NCBI GenBank assembly: GCA_963926355.1
Contig: CAWUWW010000004.1
Span: 18,965 to 82,964, forward strand
Length of the DNA stretch: 64,000 nt
Source: an uncultured SAR86 cluster bacterium
GTDB lineage: Bacteria > Pseudomonadota > Gammaproteobacteria > Magnimaribacterales > D2472
Direction: 5' to 3'
The translations under genes and the position numbers were made by a program. Below are positions 9,019 through 18,253 of this stretch, piece after piece; position 1 is the first letter of the stretch, and every line of letters begins with the position of its first letter. The notes under the pieces are model-generated. The model worked only from the letters and a program-made list of their open reading frames with translations. It was not told the origin of the DNA and made no database searches.

Positions 9019-10655
9019 TTTTGATTAGCCACTCCATTAGCCCATTTGTAATCAGCTTTTCCATTAGGTGCTCTGCGTATCTTTTCAACAAATATTATTA
9101 CTTTTGGCAGTTTATATCCTGAGATATAACCTCTAGTGCTTTCAATTAAATCAGCTTGATTTATTATAGTATTGCTAAGTAAGGATACTACCGCTACTAC
9201 CTTTTGACCAAATTTATCATCCTTTATTCCGACCACCAAACAATCATAAACAGCTTCATTTAGTTTGATTGCTTCTTCAACCTCTTCTGCATAAATCTTT
9301 TCACCAGCCGAGTTAATGCAATTACTTCCTCTTCCCAGCAAGCTAATACTTCCATCACTTTCAACCATTGCATAGTCACCTGGAAAGCTGTATCTAATTC
9401 CGTTAAATTCTCTAAATGTTGCAGCTGATTTCTCTGGGTCTTTATAGTAACCAACTGGAACTAAACTGCTTGTACCTACCAACCCTCGCTGGCCTGAACC
9501 TGGCTCTACTAAATTTCCATCATCCCCAAGAACAATAGAGTCACTATTTATTTTAAATTTAGCAGTTTTTACTGATTTTTCCCTCGAGGAAATTGAGGAG
9601 CCCATTCCTCCTTCACTTGAGCCCATGGAATCAAAAAGTATCATGTCATGATGGTTTAGTAATGAGGCTTTAATTTCAGCACTCCAAATAACACCACTAG
9701 AAATTAAAATTCTTAAACTTGAAATATTATAAGGATTGTTTTTATTTTTTGCATCATCAAGCTCGGCTAGTAATGGCTTTGCAAATGCATCACCAACTAT
9801 AACCATGCTTGTTGCTTTTGTAGATTCAACCTGACTTAGCAATAAGGCCGAGTCTAGTCCTACGTTAGGCACTGTAATAATACTGCCGCCTAGGGCGTGA
9901 GTCATGAAACCGCCAAGAAACATACCTGTACCATGCATTAAAGGACATGCAATTAAGCATCTAGTTAAGGAGTTACTCTCACTCATTTTTAAAATTATTG
10001 GCTTAAGTAAATCAAGATTATCTCTGTTCCTTACATCTGGAACTTCATAACCTTGGGCTTTCAATCCTCCATAAATTGATACCACAAAGCTCCCATGAGT
10101 ATACATAACACCTTTAGGCATACCTGTTGTTCCGCCTGTATATACCATAAGAATACTATCCTCACTTCTTTCTATACGAGGCATGGCTGAGGAGTTGGAT
10201 ATAATTTTATTATAGCTATGAGCAAAGCTCACCAGGTCACTTTTTCCATCTTCAACTTGAATCCAAGTTTTTATTTTTGGGAGGTCCTTGGCAATTAACT
10301 TTATTTGATCTGCATAACAACCCTGAAAAAAAACTGCTTCTGAATCTGAGTTATCAAGGAGGTAGATTAATTCATTGGCCTCATATCTATAATTAACATT
10401 AACAGGAACCCCCATTATTTTAAAAGCACCAAATTGAGCTTCTAAATATTCATTACCGTTATGAAGATATAAACCAACCTTCGAGTTTTCTTTTATACCT
10501 TGATCGTGAAGGAAAGAGGCTATTCTTGCCGATGTATCCTCATACTCTTTCCAAGTTTTTGTTTTATTTCCTGATATTACGGCAATACTATCCGGAATAA
10601 TATCTGAAACATTTTCCCAAATATTAGCAAAATGAAGAACTTTTGTATTTAGCAT
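9015..10655 (-). CDS. acyl-CoA synthetase (AMP-forming, FadD-like)
   Basis: AMP-binding motif YTGGTTGMPKGV, plus GDYAMVESDGSISLLGR and PNGKADY. Its stop overlaps the ggt start by 4 nt. Confidence 0.85.
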   Translation of the reverse strand: MLNTKVLHFANIWENVSDIIPDSIAVISGNKTKTWKEYEDTSARIASFLHDQGIKENSKVGLYLHNGNEYLEAQFGAFKIMGVPVNVNYRYEANELIYLLDNSDSEAVFFQGCYADQIKLIAKDLPKIKTWIQVEDGKSDLVSFAHSYNKIISNSSAMPRIERSEDSILMVYTGGTTGMPKGVMYTHGSFVVSIYGGLKAQGYEVPDVRNRDNLDLLKPIILKMSESNSLTRCLIACPLMHGTGMFLGGFMTHALGGSIITVPNVGLDSALLLSQVESTKATSMVIVGDAFAKPLLAELDDAKNKNNPYNISSLRILISSGVIWSAEIKASLLNHHDMILFDSMGSSEGGMGSSISSREKSVKTAKFKINSDSIVLGDDGNLVEPGSGQRGLVGTSSLVPVGYYKDPEKSAATFREFNGIRYSFPGDYAMVESDGSISLLGRGSNCINSAGEKIYAEEVEEAIKLNEAVYDCLVVGIKDDKFGQKVVAVVSLLSNTIINQADLIESTRGYISGYKLPKVIIFVEKIRRAPNGKADYKWANGVANQK

Positions 10656-10744
10656 TGATTTTTAGTGTAATTTTTTTTTAAAATTGTTTGGCTATAATAA
10701 CGTGTCTAATAGTAAAATATCTATCATAAATTTAGAGACCCAAT

Positions 10745-12421
10745 ATGTCAGATCTTTTTAATAAAATCCTAGAAAAAATAACAGCACCAGGACAGACGTT
10801 TGAGACTAAAGAAATTGTTAATGAGCAAGGCATTGTCTATAGAGAATATGCCCATTTCCCTGATAGTCTAAGAGGTTTTCTAGATTTTGGACTACTTCAT
10901 CAAGAAAAAGACTGGCTTATTTACGAAGATGAGAGGTACACATATAAAGAGGTTTTTGAAAAAAGCGCTCAAGTTGGAAATGCACTTACCTCTGCAGGTA
11001 TATCTAAGGGTGACAGGGTTGCTATATGCATGCAAAACAACCCAGAGTTTGTTTTTGCATATCTAGGTATCATAGGAATTGGGGCAGTTTGCGTTCCACT
11101 TAATTCGTGGTGGGTTCCGGCAGAAGTTATTTATGGGCTAGAACACTCAGATGCTAAGTTAATTTTTGCAGATAAAAAGAGGCTTCAAGGATTGGAATCA
11201 ATTCCAAATGTTCAGAAGATCATAACTAGTTATACACCAGATAATTTATTTACTTCTTTTACTGATTTTATAGATGGCCATGACAAGACATTTCTAGAAG
11301 TTGACATCCAAAGGAATGATAATGCAACAATTTATTACACCTCAGGTTCTACGGGAAAGCCTAAGGGAGTTCTATCATCTCAAAAGGGTATTATTGCTAC
11401 CATGTTTAGCTGGGCCTGTTATTCAACTGTAGTGGGTGAAATAGCAATTATTGAAGAATCTAATAGGGTTCCCTTAGGTCCAGATTTAGCAATTCTTCTT
11501 TGTGTTCCTTTATTTCATGTTACCGGAAGTCATGCAGCTCTATTGATGTCTATTCTTGTAGGAAGAAAGGTAGTTATGATGAAAAAATGGGATGCAGGTG
11601 AGGCGCTAAGATTAATCCAAGATGAAACAATTTCAGATATAACGGGTGTTCCAACTCAAAGTTGGGAACTTCTAAATCATCCTGATAGATTAAATTATGA
11701 TCTATCGAGCCTAAAAACGCTTGGAGCTGGAGGCGGTCCACGGCCAGCTGAACATGTAAAGCAGCTAGATGCAGAATTCGAAGGAGGGCCTTCAATTGGT
11801 TACGGACTTTCAGAAACTAATGCCTTAGGAACTTTAGGTCACGGTAGTGAGTATAAAAATCATCCCTCTTCAGCAGGAAGGGTTGTACCACCTCTAACTG
11901 ATATCAGAGTCATAGATGAAAACTGGGATGACGTTAAGGATGGAGAACTTGGCGAGATAGCTATTAAATCTTCAGCTAATATGGTTTGTTATTGGAAAAA
12001 CTCTAAAGCAACTGCTGAGTGTGTTAATGAAGACGGCTGGTTTAGAAGTGGAGATCTTGGGAAGTTCGACGGTCCTTTCTTATATATTGTTGATAGAGTT
12101 AAAGATATGGTAATTAGAGGTGGCGAAAATATTGCCTGCATAGAAGTCGAGGGTGCTATTTATGAGCATTCAGATATATTGGAAGCTTGTGTGTTTGGAA
12201 TACCTGACGAAAGATTAGGAGAAATTTTATGCACTTCCATATACTTAAAACCAGGCATGAGGGTGAGCGCAGATGAGTTAAAATTATTTTTATCTGATAA
12301 GCTTGCAGCTTTTAAAATACCATTAGTCATAGAATTCTCTAAAGTAGAATTACCTAAGATAGCATCTGGAAAATTTGATAAACCTGCTTTAAGAAAATTA
12401 TTTACAGAAAATAATCAGTAG
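10745..12421 (+). CDS. acyl-CoA synthetase / class I adenylate-forming enzyme
   Basis: Motifs YTSGSTGKPKGV, GYGLSETN, WFRSGDLG and IVDRVKDMVIRGGENI. Confidence 0.85.
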   Translation: MSDLFNKILEKITAPGQTFETKEIVNEQGIVYREYAHFPDSLRGFLDFGLLHQEKDWLIYEDERYTYKEVFEKSAQVGNALTSAGISKGDRVAICMQNNPEFVFAYLGIIGIGAVCVPLNSWWVPAEVIYGLEHSDAKLIFADKKRLQGLESIPNVQKIITSYTPDNLFTSFTDFIDGHDKTFLEVDIQRNDNATIYYTSGSTGKPKGVLSSQKGIIATMFSWACYSTVVGEIAIIEESNRVPLGPDLAILLCVPLFHVTGSHAALLMSILVGRKVVMMKKWDAGEALRLIQDETISDITGVPTQSWELLNHPDRLNYDLSSLKTLGAGGGPRPAEHVKQLDAEFEGGPSIGYGLSETNALGTLGHGSEYKNHPSSAGRVVPPLTDIRVIDENWDDVKDGELGEIAIKSSANMVCYWKNSKATAECVNEDGWFRSGDLGKFDGPFLYIVDRVKDMVIRGGENIACIEVEGAIYEHSDILEACVFGIPDERLGEILCTSIYLKPGMRVSADELKLFLSDKLAAFKIPLVIEFSKVELPKIASGKFDKPALRKLFTENNQ

Positions 12422-12489
12422 TTATAATTTTTTTGCTTTATAAATAATTAAAATAGCGTATAAATGTTTGATAAAACTAAAAAGTAAAT

Positions 12490-13185
12490 ATGAAAAACAA
12501 AATACTTGTAATAGAGGATGAGCCAGATATTCGGACTACCCTTGAATACAATCTTAGAAAAGATGGTTTTGATGTTGTATGCGCTGGATCTCTAGGAGAT
12601 GCTAGGGCTGCCATTGATGCATCATCTTTCTCTATGATACTTCTTGATTTAATGCTCCCAGACGGATCTGGTCTAGATTTATGTCGAGAAATTAAAGGCA
12701 ATAAAGATTTAAGCTCTACTCCTATAATCATCTTAACAGCCAAGGATGACGAGGTTGATAAGGTTGTTGGTTTTGAGCTAGGAGCTGATGATTATGTAAC
12801 TAAGCCTTTTAGCGTAAGAGAACTGATCTTGCGAATTAAGGCAGTTTTAAAAAGAGGCGATTCGCCCAAGGCCCACCTTGTAGAGGTTGAGCGTCAATTT
12901 GGGGATCTTACTATTGATGTTGATTCGCATGAGGTGTTTGTAAATAGCGAACAAGTCACACTAACTGCTCTTGAGTTTAGACTATTAAGGCAGCTTGTTG
13001 ATAGACGTGGAAGAGTTCAGTCCAGAGACCAACTTTTATCTGACGTATGGGGTTACAGCTCCGACGTAACTACAAGAACTGTAGATACACACATTAAAAG
13101 ACTTAGAGAAAAACTAGGAACAATGGGTAAGTATGTTCAGACAATTAGAGGCGTTGGTTATAAATTTTCAAGAACACCTGAGTAA
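12490..13185 (+). CDS. phoB: OmpR-family response regulator, PhoB-like
   Basis: Receiver domain (ILVIEDE, LLDLMLPDGSG, LTAK..E) plus winged helix (TRTVDTHIKRLREKLG, IRGVGYKF), collinear with E. coli PhoB. Pho-box-like repeats nearby. Confidence 0.75.
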   Translation: MKNKILVIEDEPDIRTTLEYNLRKDGFDVVCAGSLGDARAAIDASSFSMILLDLMLPDGSGLDLCREIKGNKDLSSTPIIILTAKDDEVDKVVGFELGADDYVTKPFSVRELILRIKAVLKRGDSPKAHLVEVERQFGDLTIDVDSHEVFVNSEQVTLTALEFRLLRQLVDRRGRVQSRDQLLSDVWGYSSDVTTRTVDTHIKRLREKLGTMGKYVQTIRGVGYKFSRTPE

Positions 13186-13189
13186 TTAA

Positions 13190-14947
13190 ATGGGAATAAG
13201 ATCCCGAATATTCTTTATTGTTTTCTCTTTACTTACCGTTAGCATATCTATTGCTTACGTTGTGGCTGAAAGAGATTTATCAACCGCTTTCAAATTTCAA
13301 ATCGTTAATGAGCTCGAAAAACAAGCTAATTTATTAGTTTCTTCTGTAGATAACATAAACAAATTTAAAACAACAACAGAGGCTGATCATAGCGCTGATG
13401 ATCTTGGTAAGGCTTCTAACTCTAGAGTTACTTTTATAAAGAATAATGGAGAAGTGATCGGCGATTCTGAGTTAAATGTTGATCAAATTAAATTAGTTGA
13501 TAATCATATTTCAAGAAAAGAGGTTAAAGAGGCCATTGATAATGGAACAGGTTGGTCTTCTAGATATAGTGATACCCTAAATCAAGATCTTTTATATTTT
13601 GCTATTCGTGACAATCAAGAGATAGAGCCAAATATAATAAGAATAGCAGTTCCCTTGACCTATCTTGATAATGCCACTGATTCACTGGGTCTTTCATTAA
13701 TACTTCTATTTGTTGTGGTTTTTATAGTATCTATGATTGCCAGTGCGGTTGCGGCAAATTTTTTATACTCAAATATAAAAGATTTAGCAGATGTTGCCAC
13801 AACCATTGCTGAGGGAGAGAATAAAAAAGGAGACTTGAAGGCATTACCTACCCAAAGGGGCGATGAGTTTGGAACTGTGGCTAGATCAATTTCTCAAATA
13901 TCAGAAGACCTAAAGAGTCAAATAAAAATGATTGCAAAGCAGAGAGATCAATTCGGACAGGTTTTAGATGACCTTGGTGAAGGCATACTTGTTACGAATA
14001 ATGACGGTGAGGTGGTATTTTCAAATGAACAAACATCTATTATTTTAAATATTAAAAAGCTAGCTAATAAAAATATTAAAAACTTAAAAATTCCAGCTCT
14101 TAATTACCTTTTTAAAAGAGTTGATAATAAAAAAAGAGCTGACATAGAGTTTGAAATTGCACTAGAGGATAAGACAACAAGGTGGGTTCTAGGATCAATG
14201 AATGCCTCAAAAACTACTGGGGACTATATCTTAGTTGTTCATGACATAACTCAGCTAAGACAACTAAACTCAATGAGAAGGGACTTCATATCAAATCTAT
14301 CACATGAATTAAGAACACCTGTAAGTGTTATTAGGGCAAATTCAGAAACTTTGCTTGACGGTGCTCTTGATAATAAGAAGGATGCAAAGACCTTTGCAAA
14401 AGCAATTCTTCATAACTCAGAAAGGCTTTCGGTAATGGTTGCTGATTTAATTGATCTTTCTAGAATTGAATACGGGGATCTTAAATTAAATATTAAAAAA
14501 ATTGATCTTATTATCTTTATGAATGATTTTATAATTTCAATGAAAAGCCTTACAAAGAAAAAGGAAATTGATATTATTTTTAAACCAAGTGATTATAATT
14601 TTGTAAAAGCAGATCCTCAGGCATTGGAACGAATCATGAATAACCTAGTCGACAATGCTTTTAAATATTCTGAGAAGGGCTCAACCATAGAAATATCAAC
14701 AATTAGAGATCATCAGCATGTAAGGGTTTCGGTTTCCGATACCGGCGTGGGCGTTGCAGATGAAGATCAGGAGCATATCTTCGATAGATTCTACAGAACA
14801 GCATCAGCTAGAGCCTCGGATAATAAAGGGAGCGGTCTTGGTCTTGCTATTGTTAAAAATCTTACCAATAGCCTAAATGGTGAGGTTGGTGTTGAATCTA
14901 AAGATTGTTCTGGCTCTATTTTTTGGTTCACTCTTCCTATTAATTAG
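13190..14947 (+). CDS. phoR: sensor histidine kinase, PhoR-like, with a periplasmic domain of about 140 aa
   Basis: Two TM segments (about aa 7-26 and 166-193), HAMP/PAS-like linker, H-box SHELRTPVS, N-box NLVDNAFKY, G-box DTGVGV..GSGLGLAIV. Lies 4 nt after phoB. Confidence 0.7.
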   Translation: MGIRSRIFFIVFSLLTVSISIAYVVAERDLSTAFKFQIVNELEKQANLLVSSVDNINKFKTTTEADHSADDLGKASNSRVTFIKNNGEVIGDSELNVDQIKLVDNHISRKEVKEAIDNGTGWSSRYSDTLNQDLLYFAIRDNQEIEPNIIRIAVPLTYLDNATDSLGLSLILLFVVVFIVSMIASAVAANFLYSNIKDLADVATTIAEGENKKGDLKALPTQRGDEFGTVARSISQISEDLKSQIKMIAKQRDQFGQVLDDLGEGILVTNNDGEVVFSNEQTSIILNIKKLANKNIKNLKIPALNYLFKRVDNKKRADIEFEIALEDKTTRWVLGSMNASKTTGDYILVVHDITQLRQLNSMRRDFISNLSHELRTPVSVIRANSETLLDGALDNKKDAKTFAKAILHNSERLSVMVADLIDLSRIEYGDLKLNIKKIDLIIFMNDFIISMKSLTKKKEIDIIFKPSDYNFVKADPQALERIMNNLVDNAFKYSEKGSTIEISTIRDHQHVRVSVSDTGVGVADEDQEHIFDRFYRTASARASDNKGSGLGLAIVKNLTNSLNGEVGVESKDCSGSIFWFTLPIN

Positions 14948-14984
14948 TTATTTTTTCTTTACATAGCTAACTATATCCATTATT

Positions 14985-15024
14985 ATGTCACAAAGATGTC
15001 ACATTTATGTTTCATAGATGTAAT
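14985..15024 (+). promoter_or_regulatory. array of four 11-bp-phased Pho-box half-sites
   Basis: ATGTCAC (14985), ATGTCAC (14996), ATGTTTC (15007) and ATGTAAT (15018), each exactly 11 bp apart and 38 bp after the phoR stop. Confidence 0.6.
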
Positions 15025-15167
15025 AAATTAAGGAATCAATATGATAAAAATATTTTTCAAAAAACTTCATGTAATTATGAAGTCCGGCAGACTGAATAAG
15101 GTTATAAAGATATCTGGTCTTAATTAATATATACCTAATATATTTGACATATATACAATTATTCAAT

Positions 15168-15184
15168 TGTCATAAAACCGTAAC
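15168..15184 (+). promoter_or_regulatory. Pho box (TGTCATAAAAC-CGTAAC)
   Basis: The first 11 nt equal the E. coli Pho-box consensus TGTCATAAAAC. The second half-site is phased at 11 bp. The site lies 117 bp upstream of the lipoprotein ATG. Confidence 0.5.
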
Positions 15185-15300
15185 AATATAGCTACTTTTA
15201 TTCACAATATTGTGTTTATTAGTAACCTTACATACTTAATAAATTAACATCCTAACTATCTAATAGCTTTCATAAACATTTCCTTGGAGGGAGATTTATT

Positions 15301-18216
15301 ATGTTTGCTAAAACACTAAAGAATTCACTTTACATTTTTACAGCTTTTATACTTATATCTTGTAGCGGCGGTGGAGACACATCTATTGTTTCACCAGGTG
15401 AGATGGGATCTCTTTCTGATCCAACAGGAGGCGGTGGCACTGGTGGAACTAGTAGCTCTGTTCTTTCAGGAACATGTCCAGAGTCCTCATTTATCTCCAA
15501 CGGGTCTCCTGTTGCAGGTAACACTGTTTGTGCAATTACTGGCCCCATTACAGGCGATTTAACTCTTACTGACGATGTAATGTACAGAATGCTAGGCAAA
15601 GTTGATGTTGGTATTGATGATGGCCTTACTGGAACAATAACCATTCCTGCCGGTGTTGTTCTTTTGGGAAAAACATCTAATGACTATATAGTAGTAAATA
15701 GAGGATCTAAGATATTTGCAAATGGCACGCGTTCCAAGCCAATAAGATTTACCCATAATACAGCTATAGAAGGAACCGTTGGAGAATTTGAAAGAGGTCT
15801 TTGGGGCGGCATTGTTATTCTTGGTAAGGCTCCAATCAATAAATGTTCAAACGATGTCAGGGGCACCTCAGATTGTGAAAAGGTTGTAGAAGGATCTGAT
15901 GCATTAATGGGCGGAACAGATATAGCCGATAATTCCGGAAAATTAAACTTCGTAAGAGTTGAATATGCTGGCTATGAAATTTTTCCAGGCAATGAGTTAA
16001 ATGGCATTACATTTGGTGCTGTTGGTTCAGGAACGGTAGTTGATTATGTTCAAGTTCACAATAACCAAGATGATTGTGTAGAATTTTTTGGCGGAACTGT
16101 GAATATTAAACATTTAGTTTGTACCAATGCCGGTGATGATAATTTAGATATTGACTGGGGTTACCAGGGAAAAATGCAATACGTTATCGTAAAGCAAAGC
16201 TCTGATGTTAGTGATCATGTAGTTGAGTCTGATAATACCAATGCTGATGCAGATGTTGGATACCTAACAGAGCCAAGATCAAGACCTATGGTAGCAAACT
16301 TTACCTTCTTGGCACAAGGTGCCGATGAGCCGATGAAATACAAAGAGGGCGTATCAGGTGTTTATATTAATGGAATTATTGTCAATGCAAATCAACAAGA
16401 TATTTTTGAATCAACAAATCTTGAAACGATTCAAGATGGAGCCATTACACCTAAAGTTCAACATCATTCAGTATTTTTTGACTCAGCTGGTGATACTACA
16501 CCTTATGCGTCAGATACATCACACACCGACGCAGAGCTTGAATCATCTATAGTTCAAAGGTCTACAGATCTAGTATCAGGAACTAATTCATTGGTTTCAG
16601 GCTACTTCTTAGGTGACACAGAAGAATCGGTCACTTCAGCATTTAATATTAGTAACATTGACGCTATGTGCGCAGTTGGAACTCATGATATTGGAACAAC
16701 AACTGAACTTTGCCCAGGTTATGATGATGGCAACTATACTGTTAATACATTCTTTTCAGCTACAGACTACATTGGAGCTTTCTCTCCTGGCTCAGACTTA
16801 GAAAATAATTGGGCTGCTGGTTGGACTCTTGGCTTATTTACAGATCCTGAATGCCCTGCTGGAACATTAGATTCTGAAGTTTTACTTGGAAGAAAGGTAT
16901 GCAGCCTTCAGGGTAGTATTACTTCTGACATGACTCTTGTTACAGGCAACTATTATAAAATTGATGGAAAAGTTTCTGTTGGTAATGATATAGGCGCATC
17001 AGGAACAGCAACAGGCGGTTCTTCAGCAACTTTAACTATAGAGCCAGGCGTAACACTATTTGGTGAATCTGGAAATGATTACCTAGTTATCAAGAGAGGC
17101 TCAAAACTTAATGCAATTGGAACTTCTTCTGCTCCTATAGTCATGACTGGTAAGCAGGACTTACTAGGCGATGCTGATATTGTTAGTACTAGAGGTTTAT
17201 GGGGTGGATTAGTAATCCTAGGAAGGGCTCCTATTAATAAATGCTCATTCTCTAGTGCTGGCTCAGCAACAATCGCTGGTGTAAGAGTTGATCCTTGTGA
17301 AAAAGAGGTTGAAGGGTCTGCTGGCGACATGATGGGCGGAGAGGTCCCAACAGACAATAGCGGTTCTATTAAATATTTAAGAATTCAATATGCCGGTTAT
17401 GAGGTATTTCCAGGTAATGAGTTAAATGGAATAACATTTGGAGGTGTAGGATCAGGAACAACTGTTGATTATGTTCAAGTTCATAATAATGCAGATGACT
17501 GTGTTGAGTTCTTTGGTGGAACTGTTGATGTCAAGCATTTAGTCTGTACTGGTGCAGGTGACGATAACCTAGATATTGATTGGGGTTATGTAGGCAGATT
17601 ACAGTATGTAATTGTTCAACAATCTAATAGTACAGGCGATCATATAGTTGAATCAGACAACGTAAATAGTGACAGTGCAGTTGGTTATCTTACAGAACCA
17701 AGATCTAACCCAATTGTCTCTAATTTTACTTTTATTAGTAAAGGACATGATGATATCTTTAAACTAAAAGAAGGTGTATCAGGTCAGTATTACAATGGCG
17801 TGGCCATCGTTAACAGTTCAGTTTCAGGTAAATCTACTAACTGTATTGAAACTACATTTAACGAAACAGTTAAATCTGGTGCAGTTACTCCAACTTTCTC
17901 AATGAATTCTATTGCAATGGAATGTAATGGTTTTATTAAGACTGATGGAAATGCAACTGTCGCTGAGGTTGAAGCAATTGTTAAAGCTGGTTCAAATAAC
18001 TTATACGGCAATAACTCAGGAGGAGGAACTTATTCAAACACATTAAGTGGTGTTATCAATGGCTCATCTGAAGCATCTGCAAGTGTTACATCTATTCCAG
18101 AGTCATACAATTCTGATAACTTTTTTGATACCACTTCATATATTGGAGCGGTAAGTGGAGTAACAGATACTTGGTATAAAAACTGGACACTTTCAGGAAC
18201 TATAGAAGTCCAATAA
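15301..18216 (+). CDS. large surface-type lipoprotein, internally duplicated (beta-helix-like guess), family unknown
   Basis: GGAGGGAG RBS upstream. Lipobox LISC-SGGGD followed by a Gly/Ser/Thr tether. Two collinear halves of about 450 aa share long identical blocks, e.g. PGNELNGITFG.VGSGT.VDYVQVHNN.DDCVEFFGGTV..KHLVCT.AGDDNLDIDWGY. Confidence 0.85.
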   Translation: MFAKTLKNSLYIFTAFILISCSGGGDTSIVSPGEMGSLSDPTGGGGTGGTSSSVLSGTCPESSFISNGSPVAGNTVCAITGPITGDLTLTDDVMYRMLGKVDVGIDDGLTGTITIPAGVVLLGKTSNDYIVVNRGSKIFANGTRSKPIRFTHNTAIEGTVGEFERGLWGGIVILGKAPINKCSNDVRGTSDCEKVVEGSDALMGGTDIADNSGKLNFVRVEYAGYEIFPGNELNGITFGAVGSGTVVDYVQVHNNQDDCVEFFGGTVNIKHLVCTNAGDDNLDIDWGYQGKMQYVIVKQSSDVSDHVVESDNTNADADVGYLTEPRSRPMVANFTFLAQGADEPMKYKEGVSGVYINGIIVNANQQDIFESTNLETIQDGAITPKVQHHSVFFDSAGDTTPYASDTSHTDAELESSIVQRSTDLVSGTNSLVSGYFLGDTEESVTSAFNISNIDAMCAVGTHDIGTTTELCPGYDDGNYTVNTFFSATDYIGAFSPGSDLENNWAAGWTLGLFTDPECPAGTLDSEVLLGRKVCSLQGSITSDMTLVTGNYYKIDGKVSVGNDIGASGTATGGSSATLTIEPGVTLFGESGNDYLVIKRGSKLNAIGTSSAPIVMTGKQDLLGDADIVSTRGLWGGLVILGRAPINKCSFSSAGSATIAGVRVDPCEKEVEGSAGDMMGGEVPTDNSGSIKYLRIQYAGYEVFPGNELNGITFGGVGSGTTVDYVQVHNNADDCVEFFGGTVDVKHLVCTGAGDDNLDIDWGYVGRLQYVIVQQSNSTGDHIVESDNVNSDSAVGYLTEPRSNPIVSNFTFISKGHDDIFKLKEGVSGQYYNGVAIVNSSVSGKSTNCIETTFNETVKSGAVTPTFSMNSIAMECNGFIKTDGNATVAEVEAIVKAGSNNLYGNNSGGGTYSNTLSGVINGSSEASASVTSIPESYNSDNFFDTTSYIGAVSGVTDTWYKNWTLSGTIEVQ
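15475..16833 (+). repeat. intragenic tandem duplication, copy 1
   Basis: Runs from CPESSF to YIGAFSPGSDLENNWAAGWTLG. Collinear with copy 2, and similarity is still visible at nucleotide level (e.g. 15989-16170 vs 17411-17595). Confidence 0.85.
16852..18213 (+). repeat. intragenic tandem duplication, copy 2
   Basis: Runs from CPAGTL to YIGAVSGVTDTWYKNWTLSG. Offset from copy 1 is 459-474 codons. Confidence 0.85.
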
Positions 18217-18253
18217 GCGCTATTAATATATAAATTTTTTATTGGAGAGATTA

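Noticed and set aside
15041-15124. 27-codon ORF (MIKIFFKKLHVIMKSGRLNKVIKISGLN) and a 6-bp hairpin in the spacer upstream of the lipoprotein gene.
   Set aside because: There is no RBS and no recognisable peptide features, and such ORFs are expected by chance in AT-rich spacers. It would matter only if the distal Pho array drives a long leader.
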